A stretch of DNA of 33,781 bases from an uncultured Bacilli bacterium. Its GTDB lineage: Bacteria > Bacillota_I > Bacilli_A > RF39 > UBA660. Below the pieces are notes generated by a model. That model was not told the DNA's origin, searched no databases, and saw only the letters and a list, made by a program, of their open reading frames with translations. The stretch's first letter is position 1. Each line of letters begins with the position of its first letter. The position numbers were made by a program, and so were the translations under genes. Location of the stretch: positions 1-33,781 of the forward strand of contig CANQPR010000001.1 in assembly GCA_947625715.1 (NCBI GenBank), given 5' to 3'. Positions 25,990 to 33,781 of this stretch are shown one piece after another.

Positions 25990-26367
25990 ATGGAAATTAT
26001 AATAAGTAATTCAAGTGATATTCCCATATATGAACAAATAAAAGAACAAATAAAAGTTAAAATAGTCTCTAATGAACTAAAAGAAAATGAATTATTACCA
26101 TCCATAAGAACTTTAGCTAAAGATCTTCGATGCAGTGTTATAACAACTAAAAATGCTTATGAAGAATTAGTTAAAGAAGGCTATGTAAAAAATGTTCCTT
26201 CTAAGGGTTTTTATGTAGCAAAAATAAATAAAGATGTTGCTATAGAAGAACAATTAAGTAAAATACAACAATTAATAGATAAAGCAATTGCCATAGCTAA
26301 GATGAATAACATCGATAAAAAAAACTTAAGTGAAATGTTAAATATATTGTATGAGGAGGAAAAATAA
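25990..26367 (+). CDS. GntR family transcriptional regulator, YtrA subfamily
   Basis: PIYEQIKEQIKVKIVSNELKENELLPSIRTLAKDLRCSVITTKNAYEELVKEGYV in a short 125-aa protein. Confidence 0.88.
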   Translation: MEIIISNSSDIPIYEQIKEQIKVKIVSNELKENELLPSIRTLAKDLRCSVITTKNAYEELVKEGYVKNVPSKGFYVAKINKDVAIEEQLSKIQQLIDKAIAIAKMNNIDKKNLSEMLNILYEEEK

Positions 26368-26368
26368 A

Positions 26369-27226
26369 ATGGAAAATATTTTAGAAATTAAAAACCTTTG
26401 TAAAAAATATGATAATTTTGAACTTAAAAATGTATCATTTACTTTACCTAAAGGTATGATTATGGGTTTTATTGGTGAAAATGGTGCTGGGAAGACCACA
26501 ACAATAAAAGCTATATTAGATATTATTAAATCTTATAGTGGTGAAATTAAAATTTTTGGATTAGATAATCGTAAAGATGATGAAAAAATAAAAGAGGATA
26601 TTGGAGTTGTTTTAGATGATATGTTCTTTCCTGAAATACTTACGCCTAATGATATAAATAATACAATGCAAGGTATTTATAAAAATTGGGATACTAAAAT
26701 GTTTAATGATTATTTAAAAGAATTTTCTTTATTACCTAATAAACAAATTAAAACTTTTTCTAAAGGTATGAGAAAAAAACTAGAAATTGCAACGGCTATA
26801 TCTCATCATCCTAAACTTTTAATATTAGATGAACCAACATCAGGACTTGATCCAGTAGCTAGAGCAGAAGTAATTCAAATATTTCAAAATTTTATTGAAA
26901 AAGATGATTGTTCTATTATACTTTCTAGTCATATTACTGCTGATTTAGAACATATTGCTGATTACATAACTTTTATAAATAATGGTGAAATTGTTTTATC
27001 TAAAATCACTAATGAATTATTAGATAAATATGGAATAGTAAAATGTACGGAAAAAGAGTTTAAAGATATTAATAAAAAAGATTATGTTAAATATAAAAAA
27101 TCAAAATATGAATATGAGGTATTGATTCCAAATAAAAAGGAATTTAAAACTAAATATAATATTTCTATAATTGATAAAATTACTTTAGATGACCTTATGG
27201 TTTTAATGATTAAGGGGGAAGAATAA
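26369..27226 (+). CDS. ABC transporter ATP-binding protein
   Basis: Walker A GENGAGKTT, signature FSKGMRKK, Walker B LLILDEPTSGLD. ATG at 26369 follows GAGGAGG. The ORF track start at 26351 overlaps the GntR gene. Confidence 0.9.
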   Translation: MENILEIKNLCKKYDNFELKNVSFTLPKGMIMGFIGENGAGKTTTIKAILDIIKSYSGEIKIFGLDNRKDDEKIKEDIGVVLDDMFFPEILTPNDINNTMQGIYKNWDTKMFNDYLKEFSLLPNKQIKTFSKGMRKKLEIATAISHHPKLLILDEPTSGLDPVARAEVIQIFQNFIEKDDCSIILSSHITADLEHIADYITFINNGEIVLSKITNELLDKYGIVKCTEKEFKDINKKDYVKYKKSKYEYEVLIPNKKEFKTKYNISIIDKITLDDLMVLMIKGEE

Positions 27227-27858
27227 TGATAGGATTTATTAAAAAAGATTTAGCAATGATTAAAAGTAATTTTAAATTACTAGCAGTATTAATTGTTGTT
27301 TATGCCATAATGGGTTTAATGGATAAAATGGATATATCGTTTATCTTACCGTTTATGTGCGTAATGATAATGATTTCTTCATTTAGTTATGAGAACTATA
27401 ATAAGTGGGATGCTTATTCTATTTCATTACCTAACGGAAGAAAAAATAGTGTAAAATCTAAATATATAACTACAATATTAATGACTCTTATTGTTTCAAT
27501 AATTACAATTATTTTATCTTTTATTATATCTTATGTTAATACTCAAACTATTAATTATGAAAAAATATTAGTAACAATGTTTGGTACAATATTCGGAACA
27601 TTATTGGTTTTAACGATTATGTATCCAATTATTTATAAATTTGGTGTTGAAAAAGCAAGGATTGGTATCTTTTTACTGGTATTTGGAATAGTTATTATTG
27701 GTAGTTTACTTGCAAATTTTGTGAATTTATCAAGTATTTTAAAATCTTTAGCTTTTTTAGAAGATTACTTAATAATAATTTTAATAATAGTAGCAATTAT
27801 TATGGTTTATGGATCTTATAAAATATCCGAAAAAATATTTAATAAAAAAGAGTTTTAA
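27226..27858 (+). CDS. ABC-2 family transporter permease
   Basis: A 210-aa protein with about six hydrophobic segments, coupled to the ATPase through ATGA overlap. This is the typical YtrA-type operon layout. Confidence 0.75.
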   Translation: MIGFIKKDLAMIKSNFKLLAVLIVVYAIMGLMDKMDISFILPFMCVMIMISSFSYENYNKWDAYSISLPNGRKNSVKSKYITTILMTLIVSIITIILSFIISYVNTQTINYEKILVTMFGTIFGTLLVLTIMYPIIYKFGVEKARIGIFLLVFGIVIIGSLLANFVNLSSILKSLAFLEDYLIIILIIVAIIMVYGSYKISEKIFNKKEF

Positions 27859-27901
27859 AGTCATCTTTTAATTAACAAAAGAATCTTTTTAAAGGAGAAC
27901 A

Positions 27902-27952
27902 TGAAAAATTAAAAAAAGTTGTCAAGAAATTATAATTTCAAGACAGCTTTTT
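27902..27952. repeat. Direct repeat copy 2, a bidirectional terminator-like hairpin between convergent genes
   Basis: TGAAAAATTAAAAAAAGTTGTCAAGAAATTATAATTTCAAGACAGCTTTTT. It equals copy 1 apart from an indel of about 9-10 nt in the A-rich part. Confidence 0.9.
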
Positions 27953-27958
27953 AAATGT

Positions 27959-28738
27959 TTATAAAAACTTCTTTTCAATAAATTTAACTATTTCATATAA
28001 AATAAATGATAAAATAATTAAAATAACAATTCCAGCCATAACAATATTTAAGTTAAATATTTGTGTACCATAAATTATTAAATAGCCAATACCTTTTTTA
28101 CTTACTAAAAATTCACCCATAATGACGCCAATCAAAGTCATCGAAATATTAAGCTTTAAAGAAGAAATAATAGTTCTTTTACTTCCCGGAATAATTAAAT
28201 ATTTTAATATTTGTTTTTTTGATGCCCCAAAAGATTTAAGTAATTTAATTTTCGTTTCATCTGTTCCTAAAAAACCATTATAAATAGTAAGTAAACTAAC
28301 TATTAAATTTATAAGTAATGCCATAATTATAATAGCCTTAATATTTGCGCCTGCCCAAATAATTATTATAGGGCCTAAAGCTACTTTGGGTAAACTATTT
28401 AGCATTGTTAAAAAAGGATCAACAATTTTTGCAAGTATCAAACACTCATATAAAATAATAGCTATTATAAATCCTAAACCAATTCCTAAAGAAAAGGCAA
28501 TGATGATTTCATATAAAGTTGTAAAAATATGTTCAAATAAGCTACCACTATAAGCTAAAGATATTATTGTTTTGATAATTCGACTTGGACTTGAAAAAAT
28601 GAACGGATTTAACACTTTTTTTAAAGTAAGATATTCCCATAAACCTAATATTAAAATGACAATTCCTACTTGGACAATTTTAATAATTATTTGCTCTAAA
28701 CGAATTTTTTTTAAAAATAATTTTTGGTTATCCGACAT
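27959..28738 (-). CDS. ABC transporter permease (NitT/TauT-type binding-protein-dependent family)
   Basis: A polytopic 259-aa protein with the EAA-like loop KSFGASKKQILKYLIIPG, last gene of an SBP-ATPase-permease operon. Confidence 0.85.
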   Translation of the reverse strand: MSDNQKLFLKKIRLEQIIIKIVQVGIVILILGLWEYLTLKKVLNPFIFSSPSRIIKTIISLAYSGSLFEHIFTTLYEIIIAFSLGIGLGFIIAIILYECLILAKIVDPFLTMLNSLPKVALGPIIIIWAGANIKAIIIMALLINLIVSLLTIYNGFLGTDETKIKLLKSFGASKKQILKYLIIPGSKRTIISSLKLNISMTLIGVIMGEFLVSKKGIGYLIIYGTQIFNLNIVMAGIVILIILSFILYEIVKFIEKKFL

Positions 28739-29477
28739 TTACATCTAAATCCTTCCATATTTGCTGATAATATAAATTAAAGTCTTTTTCATTTCGATTT
28801 AAAATAGGATTATCATTATTTAAATTTATTTCGTATATTTTTTTTATTTTACAAGGCCTTTTTGATAAAACCACAACTCTATTAGCTAAACTTACCGCTT
28901 CGGCAATATCATGAGATACTAAAATAGTAGTAATTTTTTCTTGTTTAATAATTTTAAAAACATCACAACTAATTGCTAGACGAGATTGATAATCTAAAGC
29001 TGAAAATGGTTCATCAAGTAGTAAAATATCCGGTTTAATAGCTAAGGTTCTAATTAAAGCAACTCTTTGTTTCATACCTCCTGATAATTCATGAGGATAT
29101 TTATTCATAAATTCATCCAAATTATAAGTTTTAAATAATTTTTTTACATAAGCAATATTTTCCATTGTATCTTTTTTTTGAATTTTTAAACCTAAAATAG
29201 CATTTTCATAAACACTTAGCCATGGAAACAATGCATCATTTTGTAACATATAACCAATAACTGGTTTTCTATTTTGAAAATAAAAACTACCTTCATGACA
29301 TTTTTCAATACCTGCTAAAATACCTAGTAAAGAAGATTTACCACAGCCACTAGAACCGACAATTGCTACAATTTCGCCTTTTTTAATCTCTAAATTAATA
29401 TCATCAATTGCTTTTATCTCACCTTTTTTGGTGTAATAAGATTTTTTTATATGCGCGATTGTAAGAGTATTATTCAT
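28728..29477 (-). CDS. ABC transporter ATP-binding protein (NitT/TauT type)
   Basis: Walker A GSSGCGKSS, signature LSGGMKQR, Walker B LLLDEPFSALD. Confidence 0.9.
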   Translation of the reverse strand: MNNTLTIAHIKKSYYTKKGEIKAIDDINLEIKKGEIVAIVGSSGCGKSSLLGILAGIEKCHEGSFYFQNRKPVIGYMLQNDALFPWLSVYENAILGLKIQKKDTMENIAYVKKLFKTYNLDEFMNKYPHELSGGMKQRVALIRTLAIKPDILLLDEPFSALDYQSRLAISCDVFKIIKQEKITTILVSHDIAEAVSLANRVVVLSKRPCKIKKIYEINLNNDNPILNRNEKDFNLYYQQIWKDLDVNVG

Positions 29478-30471
29478 TTGTCAAATTTTTTACTAAATCA
29501 TTATATGGTACATAATCTTCTAATAAATTATTATCAATCATAATATCTTCTAAATTTCTATACATTGTTTCACTAATAAAACTAGTTTTTAGAAAACAAT
29601 CATTTTCTTTGTAGCGTTCAATTATTTTTTCTAAGTCATCTATGTTGGTATCAGTAAATTGTTTAATAATTACTTGGGCAATTGTTTTCGAACTATTTTC
29701 AAACACAAATTGCAAGCCTTTGTTAATGGCCAAATTAAATTTTTCTAAAACTTCTTTGTTATTTTCAAAATAACTTTTTTTCGTATAAAAAGCTGTATAT
29801 GGCATTTCTCCAGAATATTTACCAATAGACTCTACTACATAACCAAGATTTTCTTTTTCTAATAATGTTGCATTTGGTTCAAATAAATTAACATAATCAC
29901 CGGTATTACCAATAAATGCTCCTGATAAAGATGCAAAATCAATTGAATAGTTAATGTTTACTTTATTTTCATCAATTCCAACTTTTTTTAAAGCATTTAA
30001 GAAATTAAGAGCTGGCATTCCACCTTGTCTTCCAACAAGTATTTCCTTGCCAATTAAATCTTCCCAAGAAAATGTTTTTTCTCTTGAAACAATAAATTGT
30101 CCATCTCTTTTTGTCAGTCCTGCAAAAGTTACTAAATAATCTTTTTCATCACCATTGTAAACATAAATTGCACTTTCAGGACCTGCAAAACCAATAAGGG
30201 CATCTCCTGATATAACACTTGTTGCGACTTTATCTGCACCTGGTGTTAAAATTAATTCAACATCTAATCCCAATTCTTGAAAATAATTATTTTCTATAGC
30301 AACGTATAAAGGTGCATAAAAGGGACTATGGGTTACTTCAGCTAATGGTATTTTTATTAAATCTTTTGAGCTAGCATTGTTTTTATTATCCTTCTTTATT
30401 AAAAATCCTATAATAACGCCTAAAATTATTATAATTAAGACAACAATTAAAAGCTCAATTTTCTTTTTCAA
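29470..30471 (-). CDS. ABC transporter substrate-binding protein, NMT1/THI5-like
   Basis: N-terminal membrane anchor, then SPFYAPLYVAIENNYFQELGLDVEL typical of NMT1/THI5-like binding proteins. TTG at 30471 lies 8 nt after AGGAGG (30485-30480). The ORF track extends to a GTG at 30492 that nearly abuts that RBS. Confidence 0.8.
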   Translation of the reverse strand: MKKKIELLIVVLIIIILGVIIGFLIKKDNKNNASSKDLIKIPLAEVTHSPFYAPLYVAIENNYFQELGLDVELILTPGADKVATSVISGDALIGFAGPESAIYVYNGDEKDYLVTFAGLTKRDGQFIVSREKTFSWEDLIGKEILVGRQGGMPALNFLNALKKVGIDENKVNINYSIDFASLSGAFIGNTGDYVNLFEPNATLLEKENLGYVVESIGKYSGEMPYTAFYTKKSYFENNKEVLEKFNLAINKGLQFVFENSSKTIAQVIIKQFTDTNIDDLEKIIERYKENDCFLKTSFISETMYRNLEDIMIDNNLLEDYVPYNDLVKNLTNE

Positions 30472-30550
30472 AATACATTCCTCCTTTTTCACATAATATT
30501 ATATTCCCATAAAAAAAATAGGTTCTTTTTTCTCCTAATGCACATTTTGA

Positions 30551-30579
30551 TTTACAAATAAAAGAACCTTTGCTATAAT
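30551..30579 (+). promoter_or_regulatory. Extended -10 promoter for the two-gene helical-protein operon
   Basis: TTTACA (30551-30556), a 17-nt spacer, then TGcTATAAT (TG at 30571-30572, hexamer at 30574-30579). Confidence 0.55.
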
Positions 30580-30609
30580 TGTATTATGATAAAAGGGAGT
30601 GTGACTATT

Positions 30610-31689
30610 ATGGCAGTGAGTACAGAATCTTTGCTCGATAAGTTATACAATTTACGTGGTGAGGATAGCAACATTTTAAAAGAAATGAATCAGCAAAAAA
30701 ATAAAGCTGAAGAAACTAAAAAAAGAACAACTGAACAAAAAGGAATTCTTCAAAAGAATATTGAAGATTTGAAAAAACAACGTGAAGAATTAGAAGATCA
30801 AGGTGAAAAATTTAAAGAAATGTTACAAGGCATTCATAGAGATGATTATGAAACTGTTTTGACACGACTAAGAATAGATTTTGATCCACAAGGCCTTTTA
30901 GAGAAATTAAATAAAAACCTTCCAAGAACTATTGAAACGGTTGAAAGAGATACAAAAAAATGTGAAGAAGAGCTTGTTAAAGTTGAAGATGAAATGAATA
31001 GGGCAATAACAACTATTGAAGAATTAGGAATTAGAAAAGATACAGCTTTAGCTAATCAAGAAAAATTAAATGAATATTTAGAATTAGCCTTAACAGGAAG
31101 AATCAATATAACAAGAGATTCTATTACCTCTTTATTAGAAGAATTTAGTTTTAATGAAGAAGAACAAAGAGAAGCCGCTAAAATATTGATGTTCCCAGAA
31201 GATGCCTTATTTGCATATGATGCTAAAATAAAAGCCAAAGATAAATCAGGAAAAAGTATTTCGGAAGTAATACATGAAGCTAAAACAATCAGTATTGAAG
31301 AAGACAATAGTAAAGATGAGGCAAATGATATTTCTAATAGTGTCATTGATACATTACGAAATTGTAATATAGATTATCTTGATTTTTCTAGTGATGAACT
31401 AAATGATATTATTAATCATTATGAACCGAGAATAATTGAAAGAAATACTAATTATTTAACTAAAAAAGGCATTAATTTAGATATTTTTATGAATCATAGC
31501 AAATTATTTTATGATGAGGAATTAGAAGAAAAAATTGATTTGTTATTAAAAAATGGTAAAGAAATAAATGATATTTATTTAAGCCCTAATATTTTAGTAA
31601 AATATAGTTATAAAGAACTAGTTGATGCAATAGATTTATTAAAAGCCAATCAATTGGATCCTACGCTTGTTCCACTTATGGCTTATTAG
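30610..31689 (+). CDS. Hypothetical protein with an N-terminal coiled coil and C-terminal helical repeats
   Basis: ATG at 30610 lies 10 nt after AAGGGAG. The alternative ATG at 30586 lies exactly where a transcript from the promoter would start, so a leaderless start is possible. The N-terminal ~180 aa has a K/E-rich heptad-like sequence. Confidence 0.75.
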   Translation: MAVSTESLLDKLYNLRGEDSNILKEMNQQKNKAEETKKRTTEQKGILQKNIEDLKKQREELEDQGEKFKEMLQGIHRDDYETVLTRLRIDFDPQGLLEKLNKNLPRTIETVERDTKKCEEELVKVEDEMNRAITTIEELGIRKDTALANQEKLNEYLELALTGRINITRDSITSLLEEFSFNEEEQREAAKILMFPEDALFAYDAKIKAKDKSGKSISEVIHEAKTISIEEDNSKDEANDISNSVIDTLRNCNIDYLDFSSDELNDIINHYEPRIIERNTNYLTKKGINLDIFMNHSKLFYDEELEEKIDLLLKNGKEINDIYLSPNILVKYSYKELVDAIDLLKANQLDPTLVPLMAY

Positions 31690-31699
31690 GAGGTAAGAA

Positions 31700-32308
31700 A
31701 TGAATAATTTTAAATTATATGGAAGATTACACGAGTATATGGCTACTTCTAATAATAATTCATTAATGCCTCTTCAAGAAATAATTATTGAAATTAATAC
31801 CAAGTTAGCTAAAGAAAGTGAATTTAATCCTGCTGATTTTATTATTAATCATCAATTTAATTTTTCAACTGCTAGAGTATCAAGAATTTGTCATTTAGAT
31901 GAGAATTTAGAAAGATATTGGGAAAATTTAACAACCGAAGAACAATTAAAATGTCAAAAAGCACCTTTAGAATTATATAGTGCTTATCTTGCTAGTCAAA
32001 ATAATGATTTTAATATTAATTTATATTATTTAAAAAATTACGATTTTACTGAAGAGGAAATTCTTCGCTTCCAAGATGAAATATCATTACCAATGTTAGA
32101 AGCTTTAGAAGAAAATGAAAAATTAGTTAAAACTAATTTAGAATATTTAAAAGAAACTGGAATAACTAACATAAAAAAAGTATTTACTCAATATTATGAA
32201 ATATTCTTAATGGATAATAGTAATTTTATTCAAATATTCAATAAATATGATCGTGAAGATTTAATTGAAAAACTTGAAAAAAATGTTGCTATATTGGAAT
32301 ACTTATAA
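31700..32308 (+). CDS. Hypothetical helical protein sharing a C-terminal motif with the upstream gene
   Basis: GGAGG RBS 7 nt upstream. NLEYLKETGITNIKKVF resembles NTNYLTKKGINLDIFM in the upstream protein. Confidence 0.75.
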   Translation: MNNFKLYGRLHEYMATSNNNSLMPLQEIIIEINTKLAKESEFNPADFIINHQFNFSTARVSRICHLDENLERYWENLTTEEQLKCQKAPLELYSAYLASQNNDFNINLYYLKNYDFTEEEILRFQDEISLPMLEALEENEKLVKTNLEYLKETGITNIKKVFTQYYEIFLMDNSNFIQIFNKYDREDLIEKLEKNVAILEYL

Positions 32309-32328
32309 AGATCTTTTCGATCTTTTTT
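32307..32328. terminator. Weak bidirectional terminator-like hairpin between convergent genes
   Basis: AAAGATC (32307-32313), loop TTTTC, GATCTTT (32319-32325), then TTT. Confidence 0.4.
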
Positions 32329-32863
32329 ATTTGTATTTATCTATTGTATCATTAAAAAACAAAGTAGGGTTATAATCACTATTATTTTTAAAGACCAAAA
32401 ATAATGTTTCATATTTTCCTTTTTCTTGTTCTAAAGCATTTCCTAATATATAATCTTGTTTTACTATATCGCCCACTTTATATTGCAAATCTACAATGCC
32501 ATAAAATTTACAATAAACATCATTATTAATTTCAAAAGTCATAACTTCATTTTCATAACTTATTATTTTTCCATTTAGGGGCGCTACTAAAGAGAAGGAA
32601 GCCTCACTTTCATATAAAATACCTTTATTAGGATAGTACGTATTTTTATAAAATAATAAAGATTTTTCTTGTTTTATAGCCTCATCATCAACATTATAAT
32701 AAGTGCTTTTTATATAAGCATCATCGCCAATAACAATTTTGGATACTTTTTTACTATTAACATTTTCATAAACCTCGGTTTTATCTAAAGCATTAGTTGT
32801 ATAATTAGAAGAAATATGAAAGCTTACCATAATTAGAATCATTATAAAAAATATTTTTTTCAT
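32327..32863 (-). CDS. Secreted protein with a degenerate LytM/M23-like domain lacking the catalytic His residues
   Basis: Signal peptide MKKIFFIMILIMVSFHISS. APLNGKIISYENEVMTFEINNDVYCKFYGIVDLQYKVGDIVKQDYILGNA follows the M23 beta-barrel pattern without HxxxD or HxH. Confidence 0.5.
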   Translation of the reverse strand: MKKIFFIMILIMVSFHISSNYTTNALDKTEVYENVNSKKVSKIVIGDDAYIKSTYYNVDDEAIKQEKSLLFYKNTYYPNKGILYESEASFSLVAPLNGKIISYENEVMTFEINNDVYCKFYGIVDLQYKVGDIVKQDYILGNALEQEKGKYETLFLVFKNNSDYNPTLFFNDTIDKYK

Positions 32864-32956
32864 AATTATATTTTAAGCCATAAAAGTATAAAATATGCAT
32901 TATTACTAGTATTTTATGCTATTTTTTGCTATAATACGGGTTAGAGGTGTATAGTT

Positions 32957-33643
32957 ATGAAAAAAAAGATAATTGGTTTGTTATTAATCCTTCTTAGTTG
33001 GTTTGCAATAACTACTCCAAAAGCTATGGCAAAAGAAAAAGTAACAATTTATTTGTTTTCAAGAGAATCTTGTCCTCATTGCCAAGATCTTAAAGCTTTC
33101 TTAAAAGATTTAAAAGGTAATGCTGAATATAAAGATTTATTTGAAATTCGAAATTTTGATGTTGTAAAATATAGCGAATATTCAAATTTATTTAATGAAG
33201 TAGCAGAACATATGGGTGATGAAGCTGATGGCGTACCATATTTTATAATTGGTGATAAGTCTTACAGTGGATATGGATCTAGTAGTGATGATGAAATCAA
33301 AAATGCTATAAAAGATACTTATGAATTAGAAGATTTTACTAGTCCAATTGCAGATATTGTTGGAAATGATGGAGAACTTTTATATGAAGATGAAAAAGTT
33401 TCCAATTCAACAATTCCTATTATAATTTTATTTGCTGGTGTCATAATTGTTGGTGGTGCAATATTCTTTGCAAGAAAAGATTCTGATGATTATGTAGCTA
33501 GTGAAGTAAATTTAGAAGAAGAAACAAAAGAAGAAATTAAAGCTGAAGAACCAAAACAAGAAGAAAAAGAAGCAAAAAAAGTTGTTAAAAAACCAGCTCC
33601 TAAAAAGAAAACAAATCAAACAAAAAAGAAATCTAAAAAATAA
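32957..33643 (+). CDS. Thioredoxin/glutaredoxin-like CPHC protein with a signal peptide, C-terminal TM helix and Lys/Glu-rich tail
   Basis: Signal MKKKIIGLLLILLSWFAITTPKAMA, redox motif SRESCPHCQDLKAFL, TM IPIIILFAGVIIVGGAIFFA, tail EEPKQEEKEAKKVVKKPAPKKK. Confidence 0.7.
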   Translation: MKKKIIGLLLILLSWFAITTPKAMAKEKVTIYLFSRESCPHCQDLKAFLKDLKGNAEYKDLFEIRNFDVVKYSEYSNLFNEVAEHMGDEADGVPYFIIGDKSYSGYGSSSDDEIKNAIKDTYELEDFTSPIADIVGNDGELLYEDEKVSNSTIPIIILFAGVIIVGGAIFFARKDSDDYVASEVNLEEETKEEIKAEEPKQEEKEAKKVVKKPAPKKKTNQTKKKSKK

Positions 33644-33672
33644 CAGTGTAGTATTTTCTACATTGTTTTTTT
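33644..33672 (+). terminator. Intrinsic terminator
   Basis: CAGTGTAG (33644-33651), loop TATTTT, CTACATTG (33658-33665, one G-U pair), then TTTTTTT. Confidence 0.65.
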
Positions 33673-33781
33673 AGTTACTATTCACAGCCACGTCAAAAAA
33701 TTGTAAAAAAAATAATGAGTGTCAAACAAAAAAAGCCATCAAAAATAACTAAATAAGAAATAAAAATTAAACTAAAGGCTT

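Larger units (their letters stand above)
24768..27952. mobile_element. Putative decayed integrated islet bounded by direct repeats; no integrase visible
   Basis: 50-60 bp direct repeats lie at both ends. The interior holds rhuM, XRE and DUF3781 remnants plus cargo genes. Confidence 0.4.

Noticed and set aside
27891-27911. A mini-ORF with an RBS (AAAGGAGAAC ATG AAA AAT TAA) just before repeat copy 2
   Set aside because: It has only two sense codons after the ATG. The ATGAAAAATTAA string is part of the duplicated 3' end of the MATE gene (TTGAAAAATTAAAAAAG in copy 1), so the apparent start codon is a by-product of the repeat junction.
24793-27952. The identical 35-nt sequences as a possible CRISPR array
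   Set aside because: There are only two copies, 3.1 kb apart, each a terminator-like hairpin with flanking A and T runs. There is no regular repeat-spacer periodicity and no cas genes.
30472-30585. A TPP riboswitch upstream of the NMT1/THI5-like binding protein operon
   Set aside because: The space is about 110 nt, shared with a divergent promoter, and very AT-rich. On the minus strand it lacks the conserved CUGAGA and ACCUGA elements.
1-33781. Use of UGA as Trp (genetic code 4), as in Mycoplasma-like organisms
   Set aside because: All conserved genes translate to full length under the standard code and Trp is encoded by TGG. Code 11 applies.

Overview
AT-rich window (about 30% G+C by eye) using the standard genetic code: Trp is TGG and conserved genes are not interrupted by TGA. 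Gene content suggests a Firmicutes chromosome of the Erysipelotrichia or Mollicutes-related type. The core, 5238-19132, is a complete and syntenic S10-spc-alpha ribosomal cluster (rpsJ to rplQ, with secY, adk, map, infA, rpmJ and rpoA). L30 is absent, and L3 and IF-1 carry extensions. The left flank (1-5237) is an accessory islet. It holds the 3' end of a surface protein with an FGE/C-type-lectin-like fold, an AAA ATPase (DUF4143 type) behind a consensus promoter embedded in 40-bp repeat units, and a group-3-like sigma-70 family factor. The sigma gene is divergent from a secreted protein gene whose promoter spacer contains a G10 tract. About 780 bp of non-coding DNA follows. The strongest signal is two sharply bounded adenine-depleted, GC-rich patches inside the two surface protein genes. 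The first (600-751) looks like a diversity-generating retroelement (DGR) variable region, but no template repeat or reverse transcriptase is visible in the window. The right flank (19206-33781) holds an orphan 555-aa protein with an internal duplication, trpS, an MmcQ/YjbR-like gene and a MATE efflux protein fused to a cytidylate-kinase-like domain. It also holds a 3.1-kb islet flanked by 50-60 bp direct repeats that duplicate the 3' end and terminator of the MATE gene. That islet contains rhuM, DUF3781 and XRE remnants, a TfoX-N gene and a GntR-ABC operon. Further right are a NitT/TauT-type ABC importer, a two-gene operon of uncharacterised helical proteins, a degenerate LytM-like secreted protein and a membrane-anchored thioredoxin-like protein. 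All family calls rest on motif recognition from the translations; no database search was possible.
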